Assembly: GCA_034670305.1 (NCBI GenBank)
Contig: JAXMNT010000006.1
Location: 32,001 to 96,000 of the forward strand
DNA length: 64,000 nt
Source: Deltaproteobacteria bacterium
Lineage (GTDB): Bacteria > Myxococcota_A > Polyangia > Polyangiales > Houyiibacteriaceae
Direction of reading: 5' to 3'
In this document: piece by piece, positions 21,273 through 31,498 of the stretch
Numbering within the stretch: the first letter of the stretch is position 1
How the letters are laid out: every line of letters begins with the position of its first letter
The notes under the pieces: model-generated
The model's input: only the letters and a program-made list of their open reading frames with translations
Database searches by the model: none
What the model was told of the DNA's origin: nothing
Program-made: the position numbers and the translations under genes

Positions 21273-23714
21273 TCACTGGAGCACCTGCGAGCCGAGGAAC
21301 TTCAGCAGCGCCGCGACGAGCGGGCGGCGTCGGGTTGGGTCCGCGGTCGGCTCTTCTCCGCGCGCTGGCATCACGCAGGTGCCGGGACCAATGCACGCGG
21401 GGCAGCCGGCTTGGCAACCGCAGCCGAGGATCGAGGTGTGCGCGCGCCGGAAGAGCGATTCGCGTTCTTCGAAGAGGCGCGACGCGAGGCCGACGCCGCC
21501 GGGCACGCGGTCGAAGAGAAAGAGGGTGGGGTCGAAGCCGCCACCGCCGCCGGTGCCGGCCGGGCCATCGGGATCGGAGTGATCGCCGAGCACTTTGCCG
21601 AGGTCGCGTGGATCGATCATCAGGCCGAGCGCGCCGACGACGTGCATCGCGTTCAGCAGCCCTCGGAGCGCATCGATCACGGAGGCGCGCTGCACGTGGG
21701 CATGCAGCACGAACGCTTCGACCACGTCTTCGGGCACCGTCAGCCAGAACGCGGTGGTGTGCATCTGCATCTCGGGCAGATCGACCTCGCCGTACCCGAC
21801 GTTCTCGTGGGTGTTGTATTTGATCTTCTTGTAGCCGACGACCTTCTCGATCACCGACACCTCGCCGAAGCCGGCCTGCAGCACCCGCGGGCTGCCTTCC
21901 ACCGTGGCGCCCCAGGACATCGGCGCGTCGATCTCTTCTTCGGTGACGGTGACCTTCGTGTGGGTCTGCGCGGTGGTGTAGTAGTCCGGCGCGACCTTGC
22001 GCACGTAGGCTTTGTGGTTCTCGAAATCGAGCCGCTCGACTTGGTACTGCTCGGCCGCGTGTTGGTAGATGGCCTGCTCGTGCAACATCGTGTGGGTGCT
22101 GCGCCAGTCCATCTCCGCGATGGTCCGGTCGCCGTCGAGATCGATGACCACGAAGTTGTCCCAGCCGACGCTGCGGAGGGACACGGCGCTCGCGGGGTAC
22201 GCGTCGCTCGCCCAGTGCCAGACTTCTTTGCCGGCGCTGTTCACGCCGAGGTGCAGGACCTCGTGCTGGGTCAAGTACCCGAGCGCATCGACCAGCGTCT
22301 CGATGGGCAGGTCGCCGAAGCGGTCGTCGGCTTCAAAGGGCAACTCGAACGCGGCGCACTTCAGATGCTGCAGCAGGATCTCGACGTTGTTGGGATCGAT
22401 GCGCGCGTGTTCGACCCCGGCGCTGAGCAGTTGCGCGGGATCGCGCGCGACGAACTGGTCGAGCGGTGCGCTGGAGGTCACGAGCAGGCCGAGCGACTTG
22501 CCTTCCCGGCGGCCCGCGCGCCCGAAGCGCTGCCAGGTGCCCGCAAGGCTGCCCGGGTAGCCGGCGCAGACCACGGCATCGAGGGCGCCGATGTCGATGC
22601 CGAGTTCGAGCGCGTTGGTCGCGACCACGCAGCGGATGGTGCCGGAGCGGAGCGACTTCTCGATCGCGCGCCGCTGCTTCGGCAAATAGCCGCCGCGGTA
22701 GGCGTGGATGGCTTCCGGGCCGATCTCGGGCGCCAGCCGTTCCCGCAGGTACTTGAGCATCACCTCGACCGAGTTGCGGGACTGGCCGAACACCAGCGTG
22801 GTCACCCCAGCGCGCACGAGATCCGCGCTGAGCCGCACCGCGCTCTTGAGGTAGCTCGCGCGCATGCCGAGCTCCGCGTTCACGATGGGCGGGTTGTAGA
22901 CGACGATGCGGCGTTCGCCGGTCGGCGCACCGTTCTCGGCGACGACTTCGGTCTTGCGGCCGAACACCCGCGTGGCGTGTTCTTCCGGATTGCCGATGGT
23001 CGCGGACGCGCCGATGAAGACCGGGTCGCTGCCGTGAAAACGCGCGATGCGCACCAGGCGCCGGAGCACGTTGGCGAGGTGCGATCCGAAGACGCCCCGG
23101 TACCCGTGCAACTCGTCGACGACCACGAACCGGAGGTTCGCGAAGAAGCGCGCCCAGCCGGCGTGGTGCGGCATGATGCCGGCGTGCAGCATGTCGGGGT
23201 TGCTCAGGATGACCCCGCCACGCTCGCGGGCGGCCCGGCGCGCATCGCCCGGCGTGTCTCCGTCGAAGGTGATGGCGCCGTGGGTGAGCTGGGCGTCGGT
23301 GAGCAAGACGCGCAGCGCTTCTTCTTGGTCGCGGCTCAGCGCTTTGGTCGGGAAGAGGTAGAGCGCGCGCGCGTCGGGTTCGGCCGCGAGGCGCTCGAGG
23401 ACCGGCAGGTTGTAGCAGAGGCTCTTGCCGCTCGCGGTGGGGGTGGCGACGACGAAGCTCTTGCCTTCGGTGGCCAGCCTCAGCGATTCGATCTGATGGG
23501 TGTAGAGCTGGGTGATGCCGCGGGCCGCCAGCGCACCGCGCACCTGCGCCGAGAGGTTCTGAGGGATGGGCACACTGCGGGCAGGCCGGGCCTGCAGGGT
23601 CTCATCCAGCCCGATGTCGCGGGTGATGCCGCGCTCGTCCCAGACCGCGAGCAGCTCGTCGATCCCGCGCACCCCCGCCGCCCACGGGGTGGTGCCTCGG
23701 CCGAACGCGCTCAC
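21273..23714 (-). CDS. mrfA: DEAH-box helicase with DUF1998 and C-terminal Zn site (YprA/MrfA/Hrq1-like)
   Basis: [74 protein letters not shown]. Confidence 0.93.
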   Translation of the reverse strand: MSAFGRGTTPWAAGVRGIDELLAVWDERGITRDIGLDETLQARPARSVPIPQNLSAQVRGALAARGITQLYTHQIESLRLATEGKSFVVATPTASGKSLCYNLPVLERLAAEPDARALYLFPTKALSRDQEEALRVLLTDAQLTHGAITFDGDTPGDARRAARERGGVILSNPDMLHAGIMPHHAGWARFFANLRFVVVDELHGYRGVFGSHLANVLRRLVRIARFHGSDPVFIGASATIGNPEEHATRVFGRKTEVVAENGAPTGERRIVVYNPPIVNAELGMRASYLKSAVRLSADLVRAGVTTLVFGQSRNSVEVMLKYLRERLAPEIGPEAIHAYRGGYLPKQRRAIEKSLRSGTIRCVVATNALELGIDIGALDAVVCAGYPGSLAGTWQRFGRAGRREGKSLGLLVTSSAPLDQFVARDPAQLLSAGVEHARIDPNNVEILLQHLKCAAFELPFEADDRFGDLPIETLVDALGYLTQHEVLHLGVNSAGKEVWHWASDAYPASAVSLRSVGWDNFVVIDLDGDRTIAEMDWRSTHTMLHEQAIYQHAAEQYQVERLDFENHKAYVRKVAPDYYTTAQTHTKVTVTEEEIDAPMSWGATVEGSPRVLQAGFGEVSVIEKVVGYKKIKYNTHENVGYGEVDLPEMQMHTTAFWLTVPEDVVEAFVLHAHVQRASVIDALRGLLNAMHVVGALGLMIDPRDLGKVLGDHSDPDGPAGTGGGGGFDPTLFLFDRVPGGVGLASRLFEERESLFRRAHTSILGCGCQAGCPACIGPGTCVMPARGEEPTADPTRRRPLVAALLKFLGSQVLQ

Positions 23715-23766
23715 GCGTCGGATCGTTTGGGAAGTGGGTTTTGCGTGGAATGCATGGCGAGAGGCA

Positions 23767-23817
23767 CTGTACCGCTGTACAGCATCGACTGTACGGGCGC
23801 ACAGACGTTCAGGTCAA
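23767..23817 (-). promoter_or_regulatory. mrfA promoter overlapped by tandem LexA(SOS)-like boxes
   Basis: CTGTACCGCTGTACAG (23767-82) and CTGTACGGGCGCACAG (23789-804), both CTGT-N8-ACAG; minus-strand TTGACC-18nt-TACAGT. Confidence 0.7.
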
Positions 23818-23844
23818 CCAATCCAGTGCCGGCCCATCGCGTCA

Positions 23845-24101
23845 TCGGCTTCGGGCGTTGGCTTCGGCTTCGGCTTCGGGCTTCGGCTTCGGCTTCGGGG
23901 ATCGGCTTCGGCGGCATCGGCGTCGGCATCGGCGTCGGCTTCGGCTTCGGCGTCGGCTTCGGCTTCGGGATCGGCTTCGGCTTCGGCGTCGGCTTCGGCT
24001 TCGGCTTCGGCGTCGGCTTCGGCTTCGGCTTCGGCTTCGGCTCAGCTACGGACCCGCGCCCGAAACAGGGCAAGGGCACGGGCAAGGGCAGGGGCAAGGG
24101 G
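23845..24101. repeat. Composite repeat (TTCGGC)n + (GGGCAA/GGGCAC)n, inverted relative to 19667-19875
   Basis: TTCGGC array at 23845-24042, GGG tracts at 24068-24101. Confidence 0.9.
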
Positions 24102-24113
24102 CCCGAAGGGCAC

Positions 24114-24938
24114 CTACACGAAGAAGTCCGGGGCCAGCTCCATCGTCGGGTCGACGGCGTACTTCGTGAGATCCTTGATGCCCAGCTTCTCGGTCGCGAC
24201 GTCTTCGTCGATGAAGAAGTTGCCGGTGCACTCCTTCGAAGGCTGGGTGAGGATCCAGTGCGCCGTGTCGCCGATGATGTCCGGGGTGCGGCTGCGGCGC
24301 ATGAGATCGTCGCCGCCGAGCAGGTTCTTCACCGCGGCGGTCGCGATCGTGGTCTTCGGCCAGAGCGCGTTGGCGGCGATGCCGATGCGGCGGAACTCGC
24401 CGGCCCATCCGAGCACGCACATGCTCATGCCGAACTTCGCCATCGTGTAGCCGACGTGTGGGGCGAACCAGCGCTCGTCCATGTTGAGCGGCGGCGAGAG
24501 GTTCAGGATGTGCGCGTTGTCGCTCTTCTTGAGGTGCGGCAGGCAGAGCTTGCCGCAGAGGAAGGTGCCGCGAAGGTTGATCGAGTGCATCAGATCGAAG
24601 CGCTTCATGTCGATCGCACCGGTGTCGGTGAGGTTGATGGCGCTCGCGTTGTTCACGAGGATGTCGATCCCGCCGAACTTCTCCACGGCCTGATCGATCG
24701 CGTCCTGGATCTTCACCTCGTGGCGAATGTCGACCACGCAGGGGAGCGCTTTGCCGCCCGCCGCTTCGATCTCTTCGGCTGCCGTGTAGATGGTGCCCTC
24801 GAGTCTCGGGTGGGGCTCCGCGGTCTTGGCCGCGATCACGATGTTGGCGCCGTCCTTGGCCGCGCGCAGGGCGATGGCCTTGCCGATGCCTCGGCTCGCG
24901 CCCGTGATGAACAGCGTCTTGTCTTTCAGCGATCCCAT
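24114..24938 (-). CDS. Short-chain dehydrogenase, HSDL2/citronellol dehydrogenase-like
   Basis: [49 protein letters not shown]. Confidence 0.92.
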   Translation of the reverse strand: MGSLKDKTLFITGASRGIGKAIALRAAKDGANIVIAAKTAEPHPRLEGTIYTAAEEIEAAGGKALPCVVDIRHEVKIQDAIDQAVEKFGGIDILVNNASAINLTDTGAIDMKRFDLMHSINLRGTFLCGKLCLPHLKKSDNAHILNLSPPLNMDERWFAPHVGYTMAKFGMSMCVLGWAGEFRRIGIAANALWPKTTIATAAVKNLLGGDDLMRRSRTPDIIGDTAHWILTQPSKECTGNFFIDEDVATEKLGIKDLTKYAVDPTMELAPDFFV

Positions 24939-25178
24939 CGTGTCTCCATGCGTCTGAGGGCATCCGCCGCAGCGGACGCACGGGCGTAGCGTGGGAGCGG
25001 GCGGCCGTCCACCGTCCCCACAAACGGGCGACCGCACCCGTCAGCAAACGTGGGGCGGCTGGCGCCTGGAGTCGCCAGCGGCTGTAGGGGCGGCACCACA
25101 AGGCGATCGGAACATGGGGGGAAATGCCCGACAACGTTCGCGGTCATGGTTGGCCCGATGTTTGCTTTCTCCTCGCCC

Positions 25179-25466
25179 ATGGCCGACCTCCGACTCTTCA
25201 TCACCCGCAACCGCGAGTACATGATCCAGGACGAGGTGTGTGTGGGGGTTCGTGATCGGCGAACGGGGGCCTGGCTGCACCACTCGGCCGTGACCCAGCG
25301 CGCGTCGATGGTCCGTTCGCACGGAGGTCGGGTCGTGGCCCACCCGCTCAGCGCGCGGGTCGGGTCGTCGCTGTACTTTCCAGCCGGCCCGGTGGTGACG
25401 AGCAAGGTCCGACAGGTTCGCAACGCGTCCCGCCAGACCACCACCGATCTGGCCGCGATCGCCTGA
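25179..25466 (+). CDS. Small hypothetical protein (myxobacterial T-R/Q-N-x-x-Y domain)
   Basis: LFITRNREYMIQDEVCVGVRDRRTG; weak similarity to the C-terminal domain of 46469-47092. Confidence 0.65.
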   Translation: MADLRLFITRNREYMIQDEVCVGVRDRRTGAWLHHSAVTQRASMVRSHGGRVVAHPLSARVGSSLYFPAGPVVTSKVRQVRNASRQTTTDLAAIA

Positions 25467-25469
25467 GCT

Positions 25470-26549
25470 CTACGCCCGCTCGAGCATCGATTCGCGCCGA
25501 CGCGAGACGGCGGCGGGGCGGCCTTCGGTCAAGATCAGCGTCAAGGCGAGCAGCTCCAAAAAGCCGTGGAAGACCGCGGCGCGCAGGTAGCCGATCCGCG
25601 CCTCGGCCAGATCGACACACGCCCAGACACCGACCACGAGCGCGGTGACGGCCGCACCCCCGAGCAGCAAGGGTCCGAGGTCTCGGTAGAGCGCGGCCCA
25701 GCTCGCCCGGAAGGTGCGCGGCGTGGCGCGTCCACGGTCGTCCTCGGGCATCAGCCGCAACCACACCGCGTAGTGGATCGACTGAGCGAATGCGAAGGCG
25801 AGCATCAGGCGCAGGCCGAGCTCGGGGCTCAGGCCCGGGGCGAGCGTCCATTGCATCTGGTGGGCGTCGAACGGACCCCACGCGGGGCTCAAACCCCCGG
25901 CTGCGATCACGACGGGTTCGGTGGCGCCAAGAAGGATGAGGGCCATCGCCAACGCGTACGCGAGCACCGGCCAGAGGATCAGGCGACCGCGCGGACGCCA
26001 GATGAGCCAGAGCAGCACACCGATGAGGTTGTGCGCGTGGGCGAAGACGACATCGCCCCAGTAGCCGAAACGCCACGAGGCGAACGCGACGCCACCCACG
26101 CCCATGGCGACGAGCAAACGACGCCAGCCGGGGGCGCGCGCCACCAGGGCGACGCCAACGCAGGCGATGAGCGCACCGAGCAGGCTGCCTTCCACCCAGG
26201 CCGCGATCAGGGGACCGCCCGCGAGGGCGACCAGCAACTTTCGTTTGTGGGCGCCGCGCCGGACGACGAGGTAGCGCACGTCGCCGAGCACGTGCGGCAC
26301 CCCGAGCACGATCGGACCGAGCGCGAGCATCCACATCGGGATCGTGGCGGACCCGATGAGCGCGATCGAAATGGCCAGCAGTGCGGTCGCCGCCACCCGC
26401 ATCTCGCGGTCTCGGACGAGGCGGCGGCCTGGCGCGCCGAGCCAGGCGATGAAACGACGGCGTGCGGCGTCGAAGGGGCGCCACACCCCCTCGAGCGGTA
26501 CTGGCCCGTTCTTCGGGAGCGCGGGGCGTGTTGCGGTCGCGGAACGCAC
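25470..26549 (-). CDS. Integral membrane hypothetical protein
   Basis: Multiple TM helices with conserved-looking His motifs (GVPHVL, AHAHN, QSIHY, AVFHG); start uncertain. Confidence 0.7.
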   Translation of the reverse strand: MRSATATRPALPKNGPVPLEGVWRPFDAARRRFIAWLGAPGRRLVRDREMRVAATALLAISIALIGSATIPMWMLALGPIVLGVPHVLGDVRYLVVRRGAHKRKLLVALAGGPLIAAWVEGSLLGALIACVGVALVARAPGWRRLLVAMGVGGVAFASWRFGYWGDVVFAHAHNLIGVLLWLIWRPRGRLILWPVLAYALAMALILLGATEPVVIAAGGLSPAWGPFDAHQMQWTLAPGLSPELGLRLMLAFAFAQSIHYAVWLRLMPEDDRGRATPRTFRASWAALYRDLGPLLLGGAAVTALVVGVWACVDLAEARIGYLRAAVFHGFLELLALTLILTEGRPAAVSRRRESMLERA

Positions 26550-26568
26550 GGCTACGGCCGCGGGCGTT

Positions 26569-27285
26569 TCACCACGCGCAGAACTCGAGCAGGCGCTCCG
26601 CTTTCTCGAGCTCCAGACAACCGGCCTTGAGCAAGGCGCTGGCTTCCGCGACCCCAACCGCCACGAATGCTTCGCGTTCTCCGTCGCCGGCCAGCGGGAC
26701 GAAACGCGCCCGGACGTCCATCTGGCCGAGCAGCACATTGACCGCCACCACCAGTCCACGAATGGTGACGCTTGGGTTGTCGAGCTCGCTCAGGTCGATC
26801 TCACCGGTGTCGAGGTCGTCGTCTTCCATGTCGGTGACGGCGGCGAGGTGATCGCCGTGGCGGAGCACCAGTGGTCCTTCCGAGGAGCCGATGCGCTCCA
26901 GCTCCACGTGCCCGAGCTCCGGTGCGAGTCCACAGAGCCGCGCCACGAACTCGGGCGCGCTCTGAGGATCGTTCCCGTCGTGCATGAGGAATCGGTCCGA
27001 GGCGATCCGTCGTTGGGCCGCCTCCGCGTCGCCCGCGCCTCCGAAGTACGCGAGGAGGAGATCCAGGCGCCGGGCGTCCGAGTTCGGGTTGGGGGCGATG
27101 CCTTCCAGCAGGACCGCGAGCAGTCCGTCGCTCATGTCCTCGATGAGGTGGGCACCGCGAAGCGCCTGAATGAACCGCTGGTCGGCTTCTTCGGGCGTGG
27201 GCGGTGGTGCGGCTGAGGGCGGTGGCCGGCTCGCGGGGGGCGGGGCACCACTGGGGGAGGATTGCTCTTCGCGCTCTGTCTCCAT
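26569..27285 (-). CDS. Hypothetical acidic protein
   Basis: 238-aa ORF with natural composition, co-oriented with the membrane protein. Confidence 0.7.
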   Translation of the reverse strand: METEREEQSSPSGAPPPASRPPPSAAPPPTPEEADQRFIQALRGAHLIEDMSDGLLAVLLEGIAPNPNSDARRLDLLLAYFGGAGDAEAAQRRIASDRFLMHDGNDPQSAPEFVARLCGLAPELGHVELERIGSSEGPLVLRHGDHLAAVTDMEDDDLDTGEIDLSELDNPSVTIRGLVVAVNVLLGQMDVRARFVPLAGDGEREAFVAVGVAEASALLKAGCLELEKAERLLEFCAW

Positions 27286-27438
27286 GCGCCCGTAGGTTCC
27301 CGCACTTGGGGCCCTACGTCGAGAGCGCTTGAACCCTGGGCTGCAACCCGGGATGCTGCACCCGTGGTTCGGTCACCTCTCCATTCTGTTGCCAGCAGCT
27401 CAGAAAGCCTCGGGAACGCGCTCTTGGTGCGACGTGGC

Positions 27439-27936
27439 ATGGCGGGCCGCGGCCTCGGCGCCGATCAGCGCGGACTCTCGACGGTCGAATACATCATTCT
27501 TTTCGTGCTGGTCGCCATCATCGGGATCGTGACCTGGCAGCTCTTCGGGGGCGCGCTCGAGGAGAATGTCACGGACGCACGGGACGAAATCGCCCAAGTG
27601 GGCGTCGGCGGAACCGGTCGCGGCACCGGCATGACCAAGCAGGTCGCCGGTGCGCGATCGGCGGAGGAGGGCGGCTCCGAAGCCGGCACCATGGCGGGTG
27701 GACCCAACATGGCCGACGGCATGAACATGAACGCAGCTGGCACCGCCAGCATGGGCACCGGCGCGGCGGGTGTGGTGTCGCGGCCGAGCGCGGGTGGACC
27801 GAGCGTCTACACGGTCGCGCCGGAAGAGGAATCCAGCGCGGGCAAGATGTGGTTTCTCGTCGCGATCCTCGTATTTCTGTTCCTTGGCGGATTCGTTTTC
27901 TACAGCAAGGCGAAGCGGGGCAACACCGGGGCGTAA
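27439..27936 (+). CDS. Flp/type IVb pilin-like protein with long extension and C-terminal TM anchor
   Basis: DQRG/LSTVEYIILFVLVAII prepilin motif (G|xxxxEY), Gly/Met-rich linker, WFLVAILVFLFLGGFVFY plus a basic tail. Confidence 0.7.
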   Translation: MAGRGLGADQRGLSTVEYIILFVLVAIIGIVTWQLFGGALEENVTDARDEIAQVGVGGTGRGTGMTKQVAGARSAEEGGSEAGTMAGGPNMADGMNMNAAGTASMGTGAAGVVSRPSAGGPSVYTVAPEEESSAGKMWFLVAILVFLFLGGFVFYSKAKRGNTGA

Positions 27937-27966
27937 CCTTTGGGTGGCCCCGATCGTGGAGTGTTC

Positions 27967-28947
27967 ATGCGCACTGGTCCGACGCCCAGCGACAACACCT
28001 CCGACCCGCTCGAGTCCGCCTTCGCCCGAGATCGCGCCCGCCTGTGGGGACTCTGCTACCGGATGACGGGAAGTGGCGCGGATGCCGACGAGATCGTGCA
28101 GGAGACATTCGTGCGGGCGCTCGAGAAGCGGCCCGACGCGTCGCGTTCGCTGACGCCCTGGCTGTTTCGGGTCGCGACCAACCTCGCGCGGGACCGGCTG
28201 CGCTTGCGCAAGTCCCGCGCGTACATCGGCCCGTGGTTGCCCGAACCGATCGAGACCGCCGAGATGGCGTTCGACCAGCTCCCCGACGCGCGGTACCAGC
28301 AGAAGGAGAGCCTGACGTTTGCGTTCCTGGTCGCGCTGGAAGCGTTGACGCCCAAACAGCGCGCCGTGTTGCTCTTGCGGGACGTGTACGAGTTGAGCGG
28401 GCGCGAGACCGCGGACGCGGTGGGCACCTCGGAAGGCAACGTGAAGGTGCTCTTGCATCGGGCGCGGGCGGCGATGGCGCGGCACGACGCGTCGCGGGTG
28501 GTGCCCAGCCCGGAGCGGAACGCACAGACCCAGCAGGCGTTGATGGCGTTTCTGACCGCGCTGGCCTCGGGCGACGCGGCCGCGATGACCGCGGCGCTCT
28601 CCGAAGACATCGTCATGGCCAACGACGGGGGTGGCGAGTTCTCCGCTGCCCGGAAGCTGGTGGTCGGTCGCGCGCGCGTGGTGCGCTTCCACCTGAAGGT
28701 GTCGGAGCCGGGGGTGCCCCAGGTGCGGTTGACCGAGCTGAACGGGGTGCCGGGGCTCATCGTCCGCCGCCCGCCCGCGCCGGAGAAGCCGCCCCCTCGA
28801 GGTCGTGGTCCGCGCCAGCCGGTGGCGCGCCGAGTGGTGATCCTCGTGGATGGGGGCGAGACCCTGACCCACCTGTGGTCGGTCCTGGCGACCCCGAAAC
28901 TGGCGGGTTTGTCCTTTCCGGGCTTCGAACCGGCCGTCCCGGGCTGA
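27967..28947 (+). CDS. ECF41 (SigJ-like) sigma factor with C-terminal SnoaL-like domain
   Basis: LCYRMTGSGADADEIVQE, YIGPWLPEP, NDGGGE motifs diagnostic of ECF41. Confidence 0.9.
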   Translation: MRTGPTPSDNTSDPLESAFARDRARLWGLCYRMTGSGADADEIVQETFVRALEKRPDASRSLTPWLFRVATNLARDRLRLRKSRAYIGPWLPEPIETAEMAFDQLPDARYQQKESLTFAFLVALEALTPKQRAVLLLRDVYELSGRETADAVGTSEGNVKVLLHRARAAMARHDASRVVPSPERNAQTQQALMAFLTALASGDAAAMTAALSEDIVMANDGGGEFSAARKLVVGRARVVRFHLKVSEPGVPQVRLTELNGVPGLIVRRPPAPEKPPPRGRGPRQPVARRVVILVDGGETLTHLWSVLATPKLAGLSFPGFEPAVPG

Positions 28948-29029
28948 ACTCACCGGCACGCACCGGGCGGGAAGGGCGGGAACAACGCCCCTGCAATTCG
29001 ACAGACCTGGATCGCTCGTGTCACAACCC

Positions 29030-30538
29030 ATGGCGGCAATGCCTCTGGGGGAGCGAACAGAACGAGCCGATGGCGCGGGGGAACTCCCGCGATCGTTTGG
29101 ACGCTATGTGCTCTTCGACCACATCGGTCGCGGTGGCATGGCCGACATCTTCCTGTGTCAGCTCCGCACCTCGCTGGGTGGCGCCCGCAACGTGGTCCTG
29201 AAGCAGGTCCTTCGTCGCCTCGGGGACGATGCGAGCTTTCGCGCGATGTTGACCGCCGAGGCGAAGCTCGCCGCGAAACTCAACCACGCCAACGTGGTTC
29301 AGGTCTTCGACTTCGGAGAAGAAGACGGCCGCCTCTACATTGGTATGGACTACGTCGAGGGGTTCGACCTTCGAACGCTGCTCGGTCGGCTCAGCAAAGC
29401 GAAGATCCCGCTCCCCGCAGAGTTCGCCCTGCTCGTCATCCGCGAGACCCTCAAAGGGCTCGACTACGCGCACCGCGCCCGAGACGAAGAGGGACGCAGG
29501 CTCGGCATCGTGCATCGAGACGTGAGTCCGTCGAATGTGCTGATCTCCTTCGAAGGCGAAGTGAAGTTGTGCGACTTCGGGATCGCGCGCGCGATGCACC
29601 GCGACGACGAGCGGGAGGAGCCCGGGTCGGGCGTGAAGCCCGCGCCCCGGGTCGTCGGCAAGAGCGCGTACATGTCGCCCGAGCAGGCGAAGGGCGAGAA
29701 CCTCGACGCGCGGGCGGATCTCTTCGCCGCAGGGATCTTGTTGTGGGAGACCTGTGCGGGTCGCCGCCTCTACCGCGGGACCGAAGCGCAGATGCTCGAG
29801 CTCGCGCGCGCCGGCGACGTGCCGGAACTTCCCGATCGTGGCCTGCCCAACCAAGCCCGGCTTCAAACGATCCTCTCGAAGGCGACCGAGAAGGACCGCG
29901 ACGCGCGGTACGCGAGCGCCGCGGATTTTCTCCACGACCTCGAGAGCTACGCCATCGAGACGAAGCTGATGGCTTCGCCCCTTCGGCTGGGCACATTTCT
30001 CACCGACCACTTCGCGGAAGAGATCGTCTCCACGCGGCGCGCGCGAGAAGCGAGCGCCAAGAGCCTTCCGGACGCCGATCCGAAAAGCTACGGACCTTCG
30101 TCGGCGCCGCCGCCTTCGGGCGCGGCCAGTGACGTGAAGATGCCGCCGCCCCCCGCGGTTCCGCCGGAACTCTTCGGCATGGCGCGGACCGTTCCTGCGC
30201 CGGAACATGAAGAAGCCGACGCTGGCGCGACGACCGTGGAACCTTCGGGTCCAGTGATCGAGGCGCTGGCGGTCGCGGATGCGATCGCTGCGACGGAACG
30301 TCCTTCGCCGAAACCCGCATTCACGCCCTCCGGCGGCACGGCGATCCCGCTCGGCACGCCGGATCCCGAAGTGTTGCGCCGCCTCTCCAGCCGGCCGCCC
30401 CCGAGCCCTGCGCCGGAGTCGTCCCGCACGCCGCCTCGGAACGCTGGCCCGCTTCAGCCGTTCACGCCCGCTTGGTACGCGCTCGTCGGAGCAGGCGCGG
30501 TGTTGTTCGGCCTCGCGGTGTACTGGCTGCTGCACTGA
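29030..30538 (+). CDS. Membrane-anchored Ser/Thr protein kinase
   Basis: IGRGGMADIF, VLKQ, VHRDVSPSNVL, CDFGIA, YMSPEQ, DLFAAG; Pro-rich linker; C-terminal TM. Confidence 0.95.
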   Translation: MAAMPLGERTERADGAGELPRSFGRYVLFDHIGRGGMADIFLCQLRTSLGGARNVVLKQVLRRLGDDASFRAMLTAEAKLAAKLNHANVVQVFDFGEEDGRLYIGMDYVEGFDLRTLLGRLSKAKIPLPAEFALLVIRETLKGLDYAHRARDEEGRRLGIVHRDVSPSNVLISFEGEVKLCDFGIARAMHRDDEREEPGSGVKPAPRVVGKSAYMSPEQAKGENLDARADLFAAGILLWETCAGRRLYRGTEAQMLELARAGDVPELPDRGLPNQARLQTILSKATEKDRDARYASAADFLHDLESYAIETKLMASPLRLGTFLTDHFAEEIVSTRRAREASAKSLPDADPKSYGPSSAPPPSGAASDVKMPPPPAVPPELFGMARTVPAPEHEEADAGATTVEPSGPVIEALAVADAIAATERPSPKPAFTPSGGTAIPLGTPDPEVLRRLSSRPPPSPAPESSRTPPRNAGPLQPFTPAWYALVGAGAVLFGLAVYWLLH

Positions 30539-30561
30539 GCGCTGCTGCGCCCGTCCGATTC

Positions 30562-30672
30562 TGAAGCCGACGCCGACGCCGAAACCGAAGCCGACGCCGA
30601 AACCGAAACCGACGCCGAAGCCGACGCCGACGCCGACGCCGAATCCGAAGCCGAAGCCGAATCCGAAGCCGA
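30562..30672. repeat. (GCCGAA/GCCGAC/ACCGAA)n hexamer array
   Basis: Between the convergent kinase and DUF2520 genes. Confidence 0.9.
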
Positions 30673-30685
30673 CTTGGCTCCCGAT

Positions 30686-31498
30686 TTAGTCTTCGCGGAG
30701 GGCGCGTTGGATTCGGCGGATGGCGGCAGGGGAGAGGCCGCGGGCGCGGGCGGCGGCGAGGATGGCGGGCGCGACTGCGTCGTAGACGTGGAGCGCGCGT
30801 TTGGGGAGGACCGCGCGGTGGCGGCGGACGGTGTCGGCGTCCCCGCGTGCGATGGGGCCGGTCAACGCGGCGGGCGTGCCCATCGTGCGGACGTTGCTGG
30901 CGACGCTCTCGAGCAACGCCGCGACGCCGTGTGCGGCGTCGCGGCGGCCGATGCCGAGACCGACCAGCAGATCCACGCCGACGTGCGCGAGGGAGGCGGT
31001 GCCGTTGGCGATGAGGGCTGCGGCTGCGTGGTAGGCGGGGCCGGGTACGGGGCCCGGATGCGCGGTGATCGGTCGGGCGCCGAGCGCGCGCGCCAACGCA
31101 TTGGCCATGGATCGCGCGTGGCGGTCGCCGGAGATCCCGATGCATGCACCGCGCATGTCGGGCGGGTGTCGGGGATCGGCGAACGAGAGCAGGGGGTGAA
31201 ACGCCCCGAAGGCGACGCCGCGCTTCTGGAACGTGCCGTACGCGTCCTTGCCGAGCGCGCCGGCGCAGTGAAGCAGGACCGCGGGGGTGCGGTCGGCGCA
31301 GACGCGTCGAGCGACGGATTCGATCGCCTGGTCGGGCACCGCGAGCACGGCGCAGTCGAGCCGGGCTGGGACTGGACCGTCTCGGCCGGCACGAACGTCC
31401 GCGTGGATTCCTGCCGCCTTCCACGCGGTGGCCAACGCGCGTCCAACCCGTCCTCGGCCGAACACCCGTACCCGGACCCCGCGACTACGGATCGTCAC
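30686..31498 (-). CDS. Rossmann-like + DUF2520 protein (PanG-like ketopantoate reductase family)
   Basis: GRGRVG, LAVPDQAI, LHCAGA, FHPLLSF, YHAAAALIAN, ALTGPIARGD. Confidence 0.88.
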   Translation of the reverse strand: MTIRSRGVRVRVFGRGRVGRALATAWKAAGIHADVRAGRDGPVPARLDCAVLAVPDQAIESVARRVCADRTPAVLLHCAGALGKDAYGTFQKRGVAFGAFHPLLSFADPRHPPDMRGACIGISGDRHARSMANALARALGARPITAHPGPVPGPAYHAAAALIANGTASLAHVGVDLLVGLGIGRRDAAHGVAALLESVASNVRTMGTPAALTGPIARGDADTVRRHRAVLPKRALHVYDAVAPAILAAARARGLSPAAIRRIQRALRED

